Positions 12,801 to 23,272 of a stretch of 64,000 nucleotides of DNA are shown in pieces. The DNA comes from Tubulanus polymorphus (taxonomy: Eukaryota; Animalia; Nemertea), in assembly GCF_964204645.1 (NCBI RefSeq), contig NC_134025.1, positions 12,958,001 through 13,022,000 on the forward strand, given 5' to 3'. The stretch's first letter is position 1. Each line of letters opens with the position of its first letter. The notes beneath the pieces were generated by a model, which saw only the letters and a program-made list of their open reading frames with translations, searched no databases and was not told the DNA's origin. The position numbers were made by a program, and so were the translations under genes.

Positions 12801-15800
12801 GAGAAAATTGGACGTTTTTTTCGTTTTGGTGTTCTGGCGCCCTCATTAACATACCAGGAATTTTACGCTATGGCCCTTATCAGCCACCATATGTTTAGGA
12901 CTGACCTTCCTGAAACTTAGTGAAATGTTCGACCACAATATCCTGTAGTCTTCCTAGTTTAGGGTGACTGATGACAAATGGTTTACTCTGAGTAGAGCTG
13001 AAACTTCCATTCCTTCAAAGAAATGATGAAATACCTTACTGCTAAAGCGTCATGAAATGAATAACAAATAATTCTAATATACAGTGTAGGTTATCACTAT
13101 ACATATCATAAGAATCAGGGTGAACCAATTCAAGTGTTCTATTAGCTAAAATACCCCAACGTATGTGGGTCGATTGCAGTATTCATGATACAGGTACTCA
13201 TTGGAGGATCTATCTTCTGGACCAAAATAAGCATGTGAATTCATCATAAAACTTTTACTCAGTTAAATGTTTGTGTAGAACTGACTTATGATTAAAGGCA
13301 TAAAACTTACAGGGTCATTTGTGGTTCAAATTTTTTATGAAGTATTTCCATGACAGAGTCGAAGATAGCGTTTTGAAGTAGCTGACTACGAGTGCGACCA
13401 TTACCCTTCTCTCCATTGACTAGACTGTTGAGGTACGTGTAAAGCGACCGCAATCCGTGAAGTTGCAGTAACTCAAATCCGTGGTAAAGCGAAATTAGCA
13501 ATGCGAATTCACCCTCTACTATACCATATTGATGCGGCTTCGAAAATTAGAAGTAGAGAATTTTGAAAATCGAAGCATACGTCCTTAAAATAAGCATCAT
13601 TAAATAGGGGTCCAGGGACACCATGCCCACTTGGGAAGTGGTTTCAAATGACCAAAAATCTAACAATTTCAATATTCAACGCCCCCTGGTGACCATATAA
13701 CCAATGACCTTGAAACTCACCAAAATCATAGATCATGTCAGCAGCAATGATTTTGTAATTCATTATGATAAAAAAATATGCCTACTTACCAATTTAATAT
13801 GGAAGTTATTCTACTATTCAACGCCCCCTGGTGATAATAGGCAAAACCAAAACTCACCACAATTATAGTCTAGAAAGAATCTTTCCATGTGGTCGGGTAG
13901 AAACAATTTCTGTCTGAGACACTCAGGGACCAGTAAACGTTACGAACTATACCGTTCAACAACAGACCACTGCCACGCGAGGAACAAAACTTGTACGCCG
14001 CTACGGGGTCACAGCCTGCGTTCCTCCTCGCTGCCGTGCCAATGTTCCCATTGCCGTGCCAACGTTCCCGTTGCCGTGCCAATCCGTAGCTGCTCTGTTG
14101 CATAATCGTCTCATCAACATACCTTAACATCACATTGCAGTGCAAGTATGAAGTAGGGTCAACAAGTCGATACCAGTATAGAGGCAGGATCGTAGCAACC
14201 AAATCACATCAATATCTGCGTTTAATTTCAAGTATATACTACACAATGTTGGTCAACCAGTACGGTGTTTTTTAATGCAAATTAGTATTGTTTTAAATTC
14301 ACCTGCATATCGATACAAATGTTTTTTTCGTGAAGATGACCCCGGGCGTATGCATAATCAATTTTAGTTCAAATATTTTCAAACAAATTTTTTTCTATCA
14401 ATAGATTATCCTTTATCTGAAAATTAACTGCTTCGTTGATTTTGGTGAGCTACACGTGTTACTAAAACGATGGCGCTATCATCACAGCTCCGCAGTAAAT
14501 ATTGAAAACTATGCCGCGCATCAACATGGAATTTTCAGCACAGTACAAGATGCTTATTATTAATCTTTCTTATCTTTCTCCGAATCTTAGTTAGAGTAAA
14601 TCGGATGACAACAATTAATTTCATTTAGTTCTCAACTTTTGAAGTGAGGATCGGACAACTGTATTAGTCACGTGAAACATGATGAACCGGTTTTCGGAAT
14701 ACACAAATCTTAGCTGCTTAAGCGCATGAGAAGTGCTGGTTTTATGTCCTTGCCCAGGCCTCATATCATGTCCAAATATACGTTGTTAATTTAAATTTCA
14801 TCAAAAATGTTTTTTAGGCCTATGATATACAATACAACAAGTAGCGGCACATCTCAACGAGTAGGAATTCTTTTTTTAGAAAGGCCGATCATCACAGCCA
14901 TATCGGTGCGCAAAAGTCAAGGGATATCCCGATATGACATCAGGCGGGAAAATAATAATTTTTTTAGAGAATTCCTTCAATTTCTTCTTTCAGAAATAAA
15001 TTCATTCTTTCTTTTAACAAACTCAGGGAAGCGCAACAAATTTCAAACTGACTGAGCAAGTTACAAAGCTATCTTATGTCAAATAACAGAGAAAAGTGGG
15101 AAAATGAAGTGCAAGTCGAACCACTAAAACATTGCTACGCAACCCGACCACAAAAATATCATGAGGTACAACTTTGCAATTGATCATGGTAACAAAATAT
15201 GCCTAGGTACCAATATAATAAGGAAATACTAAGTTATTCAATTATACAACGCCCTCTAGTGACCATGTAGAATAACTTATGACCTTGAAACACACCACAA
15301 TCATAGAACATGTCATGAACTACAACTTTGCAATTGATTGTGGTAACAAAATATCCATAGGTACGAATATAATATGGAAATACTAAGTTATTGTATTATT
15401 TAACGCCCCCCTGGTTGCCATAAACAAAAACCAATCACCTTGAAACTCACCACAATCATAGAACACGTTATGAGCTACAACTTTCCGATTGATTGTGGTA
15501 ACAAAATATGCTTAGGTATCATTATAATGTGGAAAAACATTTTTCCACCTACAAATGAGTACTGATGACACCAACATGGCCGCCAATTGTGTCATATGTG
15601 GCTAATCAAAAATACCTGTCTCAGGTATAAAAGATCCCTTTCCAAAAATACTCATCACAAATTAAAATGAAAAATGGCAAACCAGTAGGAAGCTACAGGA
15701 CTCAGAATTCGGGCCAAAATTGACATTTTTGCGCACAAAAAAGGTTATAGAACGGCCATCTTGAGTTCAATCGACTCAATTTTTCTTATGCTGATGGACC

Positions 15801-18800
15801 CTTAGAGGATTCAAATATATATGAAAGATCAAGGTAATTCATCAAACCCTCTTCAAAATTTCCCTCAAAAAGTTAAAAAATGTGTAAAAGTGCTGATTTT
15901 GACGAAAAACAATGGCTGCCAGTCGGCTAGGAGTCCACAAAAAAGCAGAAATAAAGCACTAATCACCTGTAAGTTTGGGGGTGGATTTTGTCGAAATGAT
16001 TCTCTTGATTTCAGCAGAAGAAACTTTGAAAGACTGGTAACCTCTCGGTTATAAATGACTCGCATTTGTTTTAAGCGGTCAACTCGTGCAGACAACAACT
16101 GAAAGAAAGCAAGAACAAGAGGACCATAAAGCCCATTTTTGGGTTTTGGTGAACAGAGCAAGCAGTACATGCCGTGAGAAAACCATACATTACAAAAGAA
16201 CAAGACAAAACTTCACCTCAATGTATTTAGCTTTCACACCAGCCAACTCTTCACCGAGGGGTACAACGATTTTTTCTACCTTTCTTTCATGAGAATACGG
16301 CTGAATATCAATTGAGTCTTCCGTACGAAGTTCAATAACTGATATGAGTAGATTTTCGATTACTTGTTGGACAGCCTGAAAGATTTGTTTACAAACTTCA
16401 ATAGATTTACACAGAAAATTATGTGAACGATATGTATAAGATGAATCTCCCAATAAACCGATCAAAGGGTTTATATAACTTCCTACTACACTTCTCGAAG
16501 GTACATCAGCATGTTTCTGTACACCAAAGAAATACAATGATTTTCACAAAAATGTTCAACTTGCTCTTCACAGATCTACCGGTATTAGATTTGTTTGCGG
16601 AGACCCTAGTCTCCAGGTACACAAGAAACAAAAAAAATTAATTTTAATAAATCATTTGACGCCTTCGTCATTCCACCAGCATCCCCATTCAGGTTCTTAC
16701 TTTTATATCAGACTTCTGCATTGTGTATACATCCGCCATTTTGACCGAATAATCCGATTTACTTATCATTTCTATACATCCCTGCCGCTTCTGATGCAAT
16801 CAATTCTACATCTTTGTCAATAATGTTTTGCCCAGTAGCTATGTGTACACATAGGCCTGTGACGTTTGCACATCGATTTACGGTTGTCATTCATATAATA
16901 TGCTGAATAGTTAATATTGTTTAGGTTTCATAATGGTAATATTTTATAAGGCGTCAAACTGGGGGTCGGGGGACACCATGCCCACTTGGGAAGTGGTTTA
17001 AAATGCTCAACAATCTAACAATTTCAATATTCAACGCTTCCTGGTGACCATATACAAAAACCAATGACCTTGAAACCCACCACAATCAAAGAAGATGTCA
17101 GCAGCTACGATTTTGTAATTGATTGTGATAACAAAATATGCCTCGTTACCAATTTAATATGGAAATACTAACTTACTTTACTATTCAACGACCCCTGGTG
17201 ACCATATGCAAAACCCAATGACCTTGAAACTCACCACAATCATAGAACATGTCATGAACTACAACTTTGCAATTGATCATGGTAACAAAATATTCCTAGG
17301 TACCAATCTAATAAGGAAATACTAAGTTATTCTACTATTACCACCCCATATAGACCATATAGAATAACTAATGTCCTTAAAACTCACCACAATCATAGAT
17401 GATGTCATGAGCTACAACTTTGCAATCAATTGTGGTAAAAAAATATGCATAGGTACAAATATTATATAGAAATACTAAGTACTGTAACACCATTTCGTCT
17501 ATAGACAGAAAAAAAGTGATGCTATTGAATAGCCTACTGGGACTCAAGTCATAAAAAAAAGTCATGGACTAAAAAACCTTCACTTTTTTTGAAACACTGT
17601 AGACAGTATATAAAATTCAGACCTACCTTAATGTCACTGCCAGGTGTAGCACTCAGGGCCAAAACTCTGAAATTTCGATCGTACTTCACAAGTTCTCGGA
17701 CAACCTATGATTATTCAGAAATTGTAAACGTTAGTCTGTATTCTTATATCAATAAAGTCAAAACAGTGTAACACCTACTATAATTCTATTCCCGGATGGG
17801 TACAAGGTCAATTCTATCAAAAGTAAATAGCAAGAAAAGTAGAAGGTGATAATTGTGATTAACGTTGAACTAGACTTTACAAGACTACAATCTGGTTTCA
17901 TCATTCTAGAAACGAAATTCGATCCAAGAGGAAATCCAATTTTAGGCTTCTAATGTAGACGATGATCTTGGAATAGCGATTTTACAAATCTAATCGAGAC
18001 ACATTTTACTAACACTTGTACTTATATACATATGGAGAACATAAATTAGTGAATGTAAAATGAATTGTTCAATATCATGATTAGGCCGTCAAATAAAACT
18101 AACCTGGCAATAGGCATGATTTCCCGTTGCTTTATGGGCCTCATCTACGACCAGACATTTGATATCACTGGCAGGAAACGCTCCTCGGCTGAGATCATTG
18201 GTCATCACTTGGGGTGTGAGAAAAAATACCCTCTTATTCCGCCAGGCATTCACACGTTCTGGTGGTGCCATGGCACCTACAAGAAAACGCTCAGCGCATT
18301 AGTAAAATCAAGATTGATAACGCCATTCATATGCTGAAACACTAGTGCCAAAATGTAGCTTTACAGCAGTCTCCTGTTTTAAACCTGATTGACATATAAG
18401 GCTGAGTTTTAACTTAAGATAAGATATCATTCGATTTTCTTAGATGCCTGAGAAGTTTGTAATCATATCTATGGGCGGCCATCCCCGCAAAACAGACGCT
18501 AAAGTCATCACGTGAAGGATAAACCCATAACGTGAAGTATAATGTAGTAACGTGAAGGATACACTCATAACGTGAAGGATAATGTCATGACGTGAAGGAT
18601 CAACCTTAATCGATTGTGAAGGATAAACCCATAACGTGAAGTATAATGTTGTAACGTAAAGGACAACACATAACGTGAAAGATCAACTCACGTCATCAAG
18701 GATAAACCTATTATGTCACCAGATGGCGTGCCGGTCGGAAATAGACTGGCAACCAGTCTAAAATAATTTCGGTTAAAATGCAAATTCATTTTATTCATCG

Positions 18801-20700
18801 TACGATTCAAATTCAATTCAATATAACTCTATATGGTTGAGAAGCGTCGTAAGTTGTACGGCGGACAAGTGGAGGTGAGAAAAAGTTTATCTCGAAAAGT
18901 TTTGTATAGTATAGCGTGCTCGAGTACTATTGTCTATTATATATGGGGTACTTCTGCAATTCAGTAGGCTCAAATGAATAGTGCAATTCAAATGGATGCC
19001 TCGATTGAACGTGCTCGAATTTATTTCAAACGAAGGTTAAGCGATCTAATATTGGACGTTGAAAATGATAGCGGAAATTAAAATCACCTGCACTCCACCT
19101 TAGAAAAATACGCATTTTAACCAAAATTATTTTAGACTGGTTGCCGGTCTATTTCCGACCGGCACGCCATCTGGTGACATAATAGGTTTATCCTTGATGG
19201 CGTGAGTTGATCCTTCACGTCATGACATTATCCTTCACGTTATGAGTTGATCCTTCACGTTACAACATTATACTTCACGTTATGGGTTTATCTTTCATGT
19301 TAGATTAAGGTTGATCCTTCACGTCATGACATTATCCTTCACATTATGAGTTTATCCTTCACGTTACTACATTATACTTCACGTTATGGCTTTATCCTTC
19401 ATGTGATGACTTCAGCGTCTGTTTGGCGGGGATGGCCGCCCATACATATCCTTCAGGGTTCTTAATTTCTTATAGAAAAACCCCTAAAAGTTGGTTTTTC
19501 ATGGCATGTTTTTTTTGTATTTGAAGCCAGATATTCTTTGTTTGTTATATATTAAACTAGGGGTCCTGGCACATCATGCCCATTTGGTTAAAGGTTTGAA
19601 ATGCTCAACAATTTATGTTTCAATATTCATTGCCACCTGGCAAACATGTTATCAAATATCAAGATTATAAGTTAAAACCTGTTGATATTTTCCTCAGAAA
19701 AACCTTTTCTATCTATGAATGAGGACTGATGACACTAAGATGGCTGCTGATTGTGTGACATTTGTCTGATCAAAAAACTTGTCTGACATGTTAAAGATCC
19801 CATCCCAAAGTATATTCATGGCAAATTTCAATGAAAAATGGCAAACCAATAGGGCCTTGGAATTCAGGCCAAAAATGAACTTTTTGGGAACAAAAATATT
19901 GAAATATTCAGATGTTGACAACGCTATATTATTCAATTACCAGTCATTTCTGCAGTGTCAACTTGTGGAATTCCCATTATGTTGTAGCAGGCTTCGATTT
20001 GCTGCGCGACAAGTGGCTTCGTCGGAGCCATGAAAACGATCTTTCCACGCGGGTACCATCGATAGAAATTATACATCATGACAGCCGCGATGAAAGTTTT
20101 CCCTAATCCCGTCGGCAACGTAACTAAAGTATTCTTATACAGAGCAGTTTCGACGATGTTGAACTGGTAATCTCGCACCGGATAATTCGTCGGGTACACC
20201 CACGTGTCGCCGGCATTTTTATCAAACCCGGGCAAGTCTTCGATCACTGTTGCCCTGGGTAAAGTATTCAGGTCATTGTTGGAATGCGCCGAATCCAATG
20301 GTCTAGCCGCAGATGTCCCCGTTTTATTTGACGGCACATCATCACTGATTTGCTGAAACAACAGGGCAGGATTTTTGGTCATAGTACTATTACTATCATT
20401 CCCATGAGTACCGCTAAACTTTGGCCTAGTTATTGATGATTTCGCAGGATTATTTTGAGCTGTGAAATGCTCTAAACCGGTATCCATAGTGTTGATTTGT
20501 TTGAGACTCTCTTCCATGGCCAAGGTGAGTAGGGCATCATCATCATCATCACACAGATCGATAAATCCTGAAGAAATTGAGGACAATGGACCTACTGCTG
20601 GCTCATTCGAGCAGACTTTCTTTTGCAACTTTTTCGTCCCCCATGTTTGAAAAAGTGTGCATTGCTTTCGTGTTTCATTCTCCCGGTTTCTGTTAGCCAT
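728..20700 (-). CDS. FANCM: Fanconi anemia group M DEAH helicase/translocase; 20 coding exons in window, 3' end lies beyond position 1
   Basis: Exons join in phase through GT-AG introns (6805 nt). Motifs: N-terminal [17 protein letters not shown] (I), DEAH (II), LSATPG (III), QRMGRTGR (VI), MHF-binding region, FLDEEAELS, and start of ERCC4-like domain (ILVDSRE...[13 protein letters not shown]). Confidence 0.97.
991..1053 (-). CDS. FANCM: FANCM coding exon 19 (start of ERCC4-like domain)
   Basis: [21 protein letters not shown]. Confidence 0.9.
1846..2864 (-). CDS. FANCM: FANCM coding exon 18
   Basis: Extends the 307-aa ORF upstream to the AG at 2865-2866; GTAAGA donor. Confidence 0.85.
3150..3322. 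mobile_element. Degenerate pogo/Tigger-like MITE
   Basis: Inverted termini AGTAGACTC ... GAGTCTACT. Confidence 0.45.
3348..3542 (-). CDS. FANCM: FANCM coding exon 17
   Basis: [10 protein letters not shown]...VYSQ...[13 protein letters not shown]-conserved blocks. Confidence 0.9.
3750..3880. repeat. Dispersed TTCCCTGA-rich MITE fragment (relative at 10152-10303)
   Basis: Repeated TTCCCTGAY motifs ending GCCACCCTG; the copy at 10152 begins CAGGGTGGCCAC. Confidence 0.5.
4681..4860 (-). CDS. FANCM: FANCM coding exon 16 (MM3-like acidic motif)
   Basis: FLDEEAELS...SSDEDE...SFIND; GTAAGC donor. Confidence 0.88.
4937..4997 (-). CDS. FANCM: FANCM coding exon 15 (predicted)
   Basis: [20 protein letters not shown]; phase 0 to 1. 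Confidence 0.65.
5225..5316 (-). CDS. FANCM: FANCM coding exon 14 (predicted)
   Basis: [15 protein letters not shown]...KKSLLE; phase-compatible, low conservation. Confidence 0.6.
5483..8056 (-). CDS. FANCM: FANCM coding exon 13 (2574-nt exon encoding the disordered central region)
   Basis: Covers the 850-aa ORF; in phase with neighbours; MM2-like LFDLGFEF. Confidence 0.92.
8225..8360 (-). CDS. FANCM: FANCM coding exon 12 (MHF-binding region)
   Basis: [35 protein letters not shown]; GTAAGT donor. Confidence 0.88.
8456..8601 (-). CDS. FANCM: FANCM coding exon 11
   Basis: [16 protein letters not shown]; phase 1 to 0. Confidence 0.85.
8686..8905 (-). CDS. FANCM: FANCM coding exon 10
   Basis: VYNQS...[18 protein letters not shown]. 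Confidence 0.88.
9270..9476 (-). CDS. FANCM: FANCM coding exon 9 (motifs V/VI)
   Basis: [23 protein letters not shown]...[12 protein letters not shown]. Confidence 0.96.
9918..10093 (-). CDS. FANCM: FANCM coding exon 8 (motif IV)
   Basis: [13 protein letters not shown]...FIGQ...GFTQKEQLR. Confidence 0.93.
10325..12150 (+). mobile_element. HINE-like element with about 140-bp internal tandem repeats, interrupted by a TIR element
   Basis: Unit AAGATGGCTGC...ATATTTGATGG recurs at about 10446, 10584, 10725 and resumes at about 12056. Confidence 0.6.
10833..12039. mobile_element. Non-autonomous DNA transposon (1.2 kb)
   Basis: TIR CAGGGCTGCCAACC...GGTTGGCAGCCCTG; target duplication CACTTA (or GCACTTAC if the ends are 1 nt shorter); subterminal RGGAAT/CGGAAT repeats. 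Confidence 0.85.
12399..12891. mobile_element. IS3EU-like MITE
   Basis: About 80-bp TIRs, TATGG...CCATA termini, 6-bp TSD TGTTTA on both sides; internal TTTTGGCG/CGCCAAAA repeats. Confidence 0.88.
12906..12997 (-). CDS. FANCM: FANCM coding exon 7
   Basis: [19 protein letters not shown]; phase 2 to 1; not in the ORF track. Confidence 0.9.
13311..13537 (-). CDS. FANCM: FANCM coding exon 6
   Basis: [27 protein letters not shown]; AAG acceptor, GTAAGT donor. Confidence 0.9.
13602..15925 (+). mobile_element. HINE/pearl-like element copy, interrupted at about 13870-15152
   Basis: Same 5' module (TAGGGGTCCAGGGACACCATGCCCACTTGG) and about 180-bp core repeats as 21701-22788. Confidence 0.8.
13888..15152. 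mobile_element. Putative non-autonomous TIR element nested in the HINE
   Basis: 11-bp TIR TGTGGTCGGGT/ACCCGACCACA; interrupts a HINE core repeat; internal 20-bp tandem repeat (TGCCGTGCCAA...) x3 at about 14031-14083; no clear TSD. Confidence 0.55.
15967..16098 (-). CDS. FANCM: FANCM coding exon 5 (insertion domain)
   Basis: [18 protein letters not shown]; 132 nt, AG/GT. Confidence 0.9.
16217..16375 (-). CDS. FANCM: FANCM coding exon 4
   Basis: [12 protein letters not shown]...[26 protein letters not shown]; 159 nt. Confidence 0.93.
16655..16958. mobile_element. Possible small MITE
   Basis: 11-bp inverted ends TTTGACGCCTT/AAGGCGTCAAA. Confidence 0.35.
16957..17575 (+). mobile_element. HINE/pearl-like element copy
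   Basis: 5' module, three core repeats and a degenerate 3' module (AAAAGTGATGCTAT...CTGGGACTCAAGTC). Confidence 0.8.
17627..17704 (-). CDS. FANCM: FANCM coding exon 3 (motif III)
   Basis: [26 protein letters not shown]; not in the ORF track. Confidence 0.93.
18104..18276 (-). CDS. FANCM: FANCM coding exon 2 (DEAH box)
   Basis: [11 protein letters not shown]...[18 protein letters not shown]; AG/GT ends, phase 1 to 0. Confidence 0.95.
18470..19444. mobile_element. IS3EU-like foldback MITE
   Basis: About 310-bp TIRs containing about 21-bp tandem ACGTGAAGGATAA units; TATGG...CCATA termini; 6-bp TSD CATATC at 18464-18469 and 19445-19450. Confidence 0.9.
19555..19905 (+). mobile_element. Internally deleted HINE/pearl-like copy
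   Basis: Degenerate 5' module joined to the ACTGATGACAC..AAGATGGC module. Confidence 0.65.
19941..20700 (-). CDS. FANCM: FANCM coding exon 1 (PIP-like motif, helicase motifs I/Ia)
   Basis: [31 protein letters not shown]; GTAATT donor at 19940; a TTTCAG acceptor 8 nt before the ATG implies an upstream non-coding exon. Confidence 0.95.
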
Positions 20701-21700
20701 CGTAACATCTGAAATTGAGAATTGAAGTAAACATCACGTTGATTATATAGGCCTTATTCATCAGGCCTTACTCAAGGTTTACTCAGTCCTGGCAGTGGTT
20801 GTCGCCACAGAGATCTGCATCGCTCTACGATCCTAGTGTATCCACCCACTGACCCAAACACAAGCATTCAAATTTGGCTGACCAGGATTTGGTCACCTTT
20901 TATTGTCTGTGTTTATACTGTGATATCTCACCTCATAAACAATTGATTTTGATAAATGACCTTAATGACATTCTGTGTTCGTTCGTTACATAATTTTGAC
21001 GATAAAACTGATTTTAACATGTTTAAATCCAGGAAGAAAGACACTCTAAATATTTGGATGGATATATGAAAGCTGTGGGTACTGGAGTGTGTAATGGGTA
21101 GTGTAGTGTGATCTGTGTGCATTTGTGGCCAGCACACAGATCACATTGTTCAATGGGGTTTGGTCCAGGACTCGCAAGATTTTCAACAACACGGAAGTAA
21201 CGTGTAATAAATGATGACTTGAATTGCATGACTACCTACCACCCCTCATTATTGTTGGAAAACTAAACGTTCGGCACTGAATAAAAATTAGTAATAACAT
21301 TTTAGAAATGGCCAGAATTTTAACTTAGGTTCTATCTCATTTTTATTTTACAATTGTGATTGGTATAATTTTTTTTTAAACGGCCGTTAAGGCTTCATGT
21401 TTCGTCTGCAATTCACTGCAAATAGTTACGCAACCACGCACATTTCAGTGTTTTTGACAGCTGTACACTCAATCAGCACCGTTCGTCACTAGCTTCACTG
21501 CGGAATTATCATTAATTAACATCGCCATATCACATCATCAACTTATATTGTGCCTTAAAACCCTAACAGCCGAAATAATTGAAATGCACACACGATTTCT
21601 ATCATTGAAAATTGAGAGAGTGGCCATGTTTGTGTTTGCTGCTTCGCGTAAATCCCGCGCGGTGCCACCGCGCGGAGTGGGGCCGATACGTCTAGGATAT

Positions 21701-22788
21701 AACTAGGGGTCCAGGGACACCATGCCCACTTGGAAAGTGGTTTCAAATGCTCAACAATCTAACAATTTCAATATTCAACGCCCCCTGGTACCCATATACT
21801 ATAACCAATGACCTAGAAACTCATCACAATCATAGAACATGTCATGAGCTACAATTTAGCAATTGATTATGGTAACAAAATATGCCTAGGTACCAATATG
21901 ATAAGGAAAGTTACTATATACAACCCCCCTGGTGACAATATAGATTAACTTATGACCTTGAAACTCACCACAATCATAGAGCATGAGCTACAACTTTGCA
22001 ATTGATTGTGGTAACAAAATATGCATAGGTACGAATATAATATCGAAATACTAAGTTATTGTATTATTCAATGCCCCTGGTGGCCATACAAAAACCAATG
22101 ACCTTGAAACTCACCAAAATCATATAACCTGTTATGAGCTACAACTTTGCAATTGATTGGGGTAACAAAATATGCTTAGGTATCAATATAATGTGGAAAA
22201 ACGTTTTTCCACCTACGAATGAGTACTGATGACACCAAGATGGCCGCCAATTGCGTCATAATTGGTTGATCAAAAATACCTGTCTCAGCTATTTAAGATC
22301 CCTTTTCATAGAATAGCCACCAAGGATTTCAATGAAAAATGGCAAACCAGTAGGAAGCTGCAGGACTCAGAATTCGGGCCAAAATAGACATTTTTGGGCA
22401 CAAAAAAGGTCACAGGACGGCCATCTTGTGTCGGATCGACCCAATTTTTCTGAAGCCAATGGGCCCTTGGGGGATACAAATACACATGAAAGATCAAGGT
22501 AATTGATCAAAGCGTCTTCAAAATTTCCCTCAAAAACTTCAAAAATGTGTAAAAAGTGCTGATTTTGGCAAACAAAGATGGCTGCCAGTCGGCCATCTTG
22601 AATCTGACAGGGCCAGTTTTTTGGGCTACAGATGTGTCTAGGGTAGACATATTTGTAACACAAATATAAAGACATTACATTGAAGCGTCTTCAAAACTTC
22701 TAAAAATAACTGGATTCCGTCTACAGACGGACGGACGAAAAGTGAACGCAATAACCCGCTGGGACTTAAGTCCCAAGTGGGCTAAAAA
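21701..22788 (+). mobile_element. Apparently complete Helentron-associated interspersed element (HINE/DINE-1/pearl-like)
   Basis: Subterminal inverted repeat GCCCACTTGG (21724) / CCAAGTGGGC (22773), about 180-bp core tandem repeats, (GACG)n microsatellite, 3' palindrome TGGGACTTAAGTCCCA, A-rich ends. Confidence 0.8.
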
Positions 22789-23059
22789 TTATGCGCAGTT
22801 TAGCGATATCGAGACCATGCTCCCCAGGCAGGGATTCAAACCTGATGGCATCCCTACACTCAGCCACAGCACGAACCCCTGCCACACTAGACCGGGTGCA
22901 CAGGTACAAACGCAGCTTTGCCGCACGAAAACTTGCAGCACCAATCAGAATGCTTGTTGTATAATCACTAAGGAAAATTTCATGGAAGAACTATAAATGG
23001 GAAAACCCGGACTAAAATAAAACCGTATTTCTAAATGGCTAATAATAGCATCACCTAAA

Positions 23060-23165
23060 CTTTAGGGTGAGGGTTTCGATAGGGTTAGGGTCTAGAGGGT
23101 TAGGGTTAGGGTGAGGTTTAGGGTCCATTTTTACCCCTAGGGATAGGGTTAGGGCAAGGTGAGGC
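23060..23165 (+). repeat. Degenerate interstitial telomere-like (TTAGGG) repeat
   Basis: Several TTAGGG/TAGGG/TGAGGG units. Confidence 0.75.
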
Positions 23166-23199
23166 TGTAAGTAGTGAAAACTTATGGGCGGTTTTGAGT

Positions 23200-23272
23200 G
23201 AGCCCGTTGGTCTAGTGGAAAGACATTAGGCTAGCAATCTGCTGGTCCGGGTTTGAATCCCGCTCTAGGCTG
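23200..23272 (+). pseudogene. tRNA-derived sequence (SINE head or tRNA pseudogene, AGC anticodon-like loop)
   Basis: A box TGGTCTAGTGG (23208), B box GGTTTGAATCC (23250), loop CTAGCAA; stems imperfect. Confidence 0.55.

Noticed and set aside
12358-12920. Five overlapping ORFs rich in FWR/RFG
   Set aside because: Translations of MITE internal repeats.
18510-18715. Regularly spaced about 21-bp repeats resembling a CRISPR array
   Set aside because: No unique spacers, mirrored in the other arm of a eukaryotic MITE, and no cas genes.
23200-23272. Functional tRNA-Ala gene
   Set aside because: Acceptor, D and anticodon stems are imperfect and the T loop reads TTT rather than TTC; treated as tRNA-derived.
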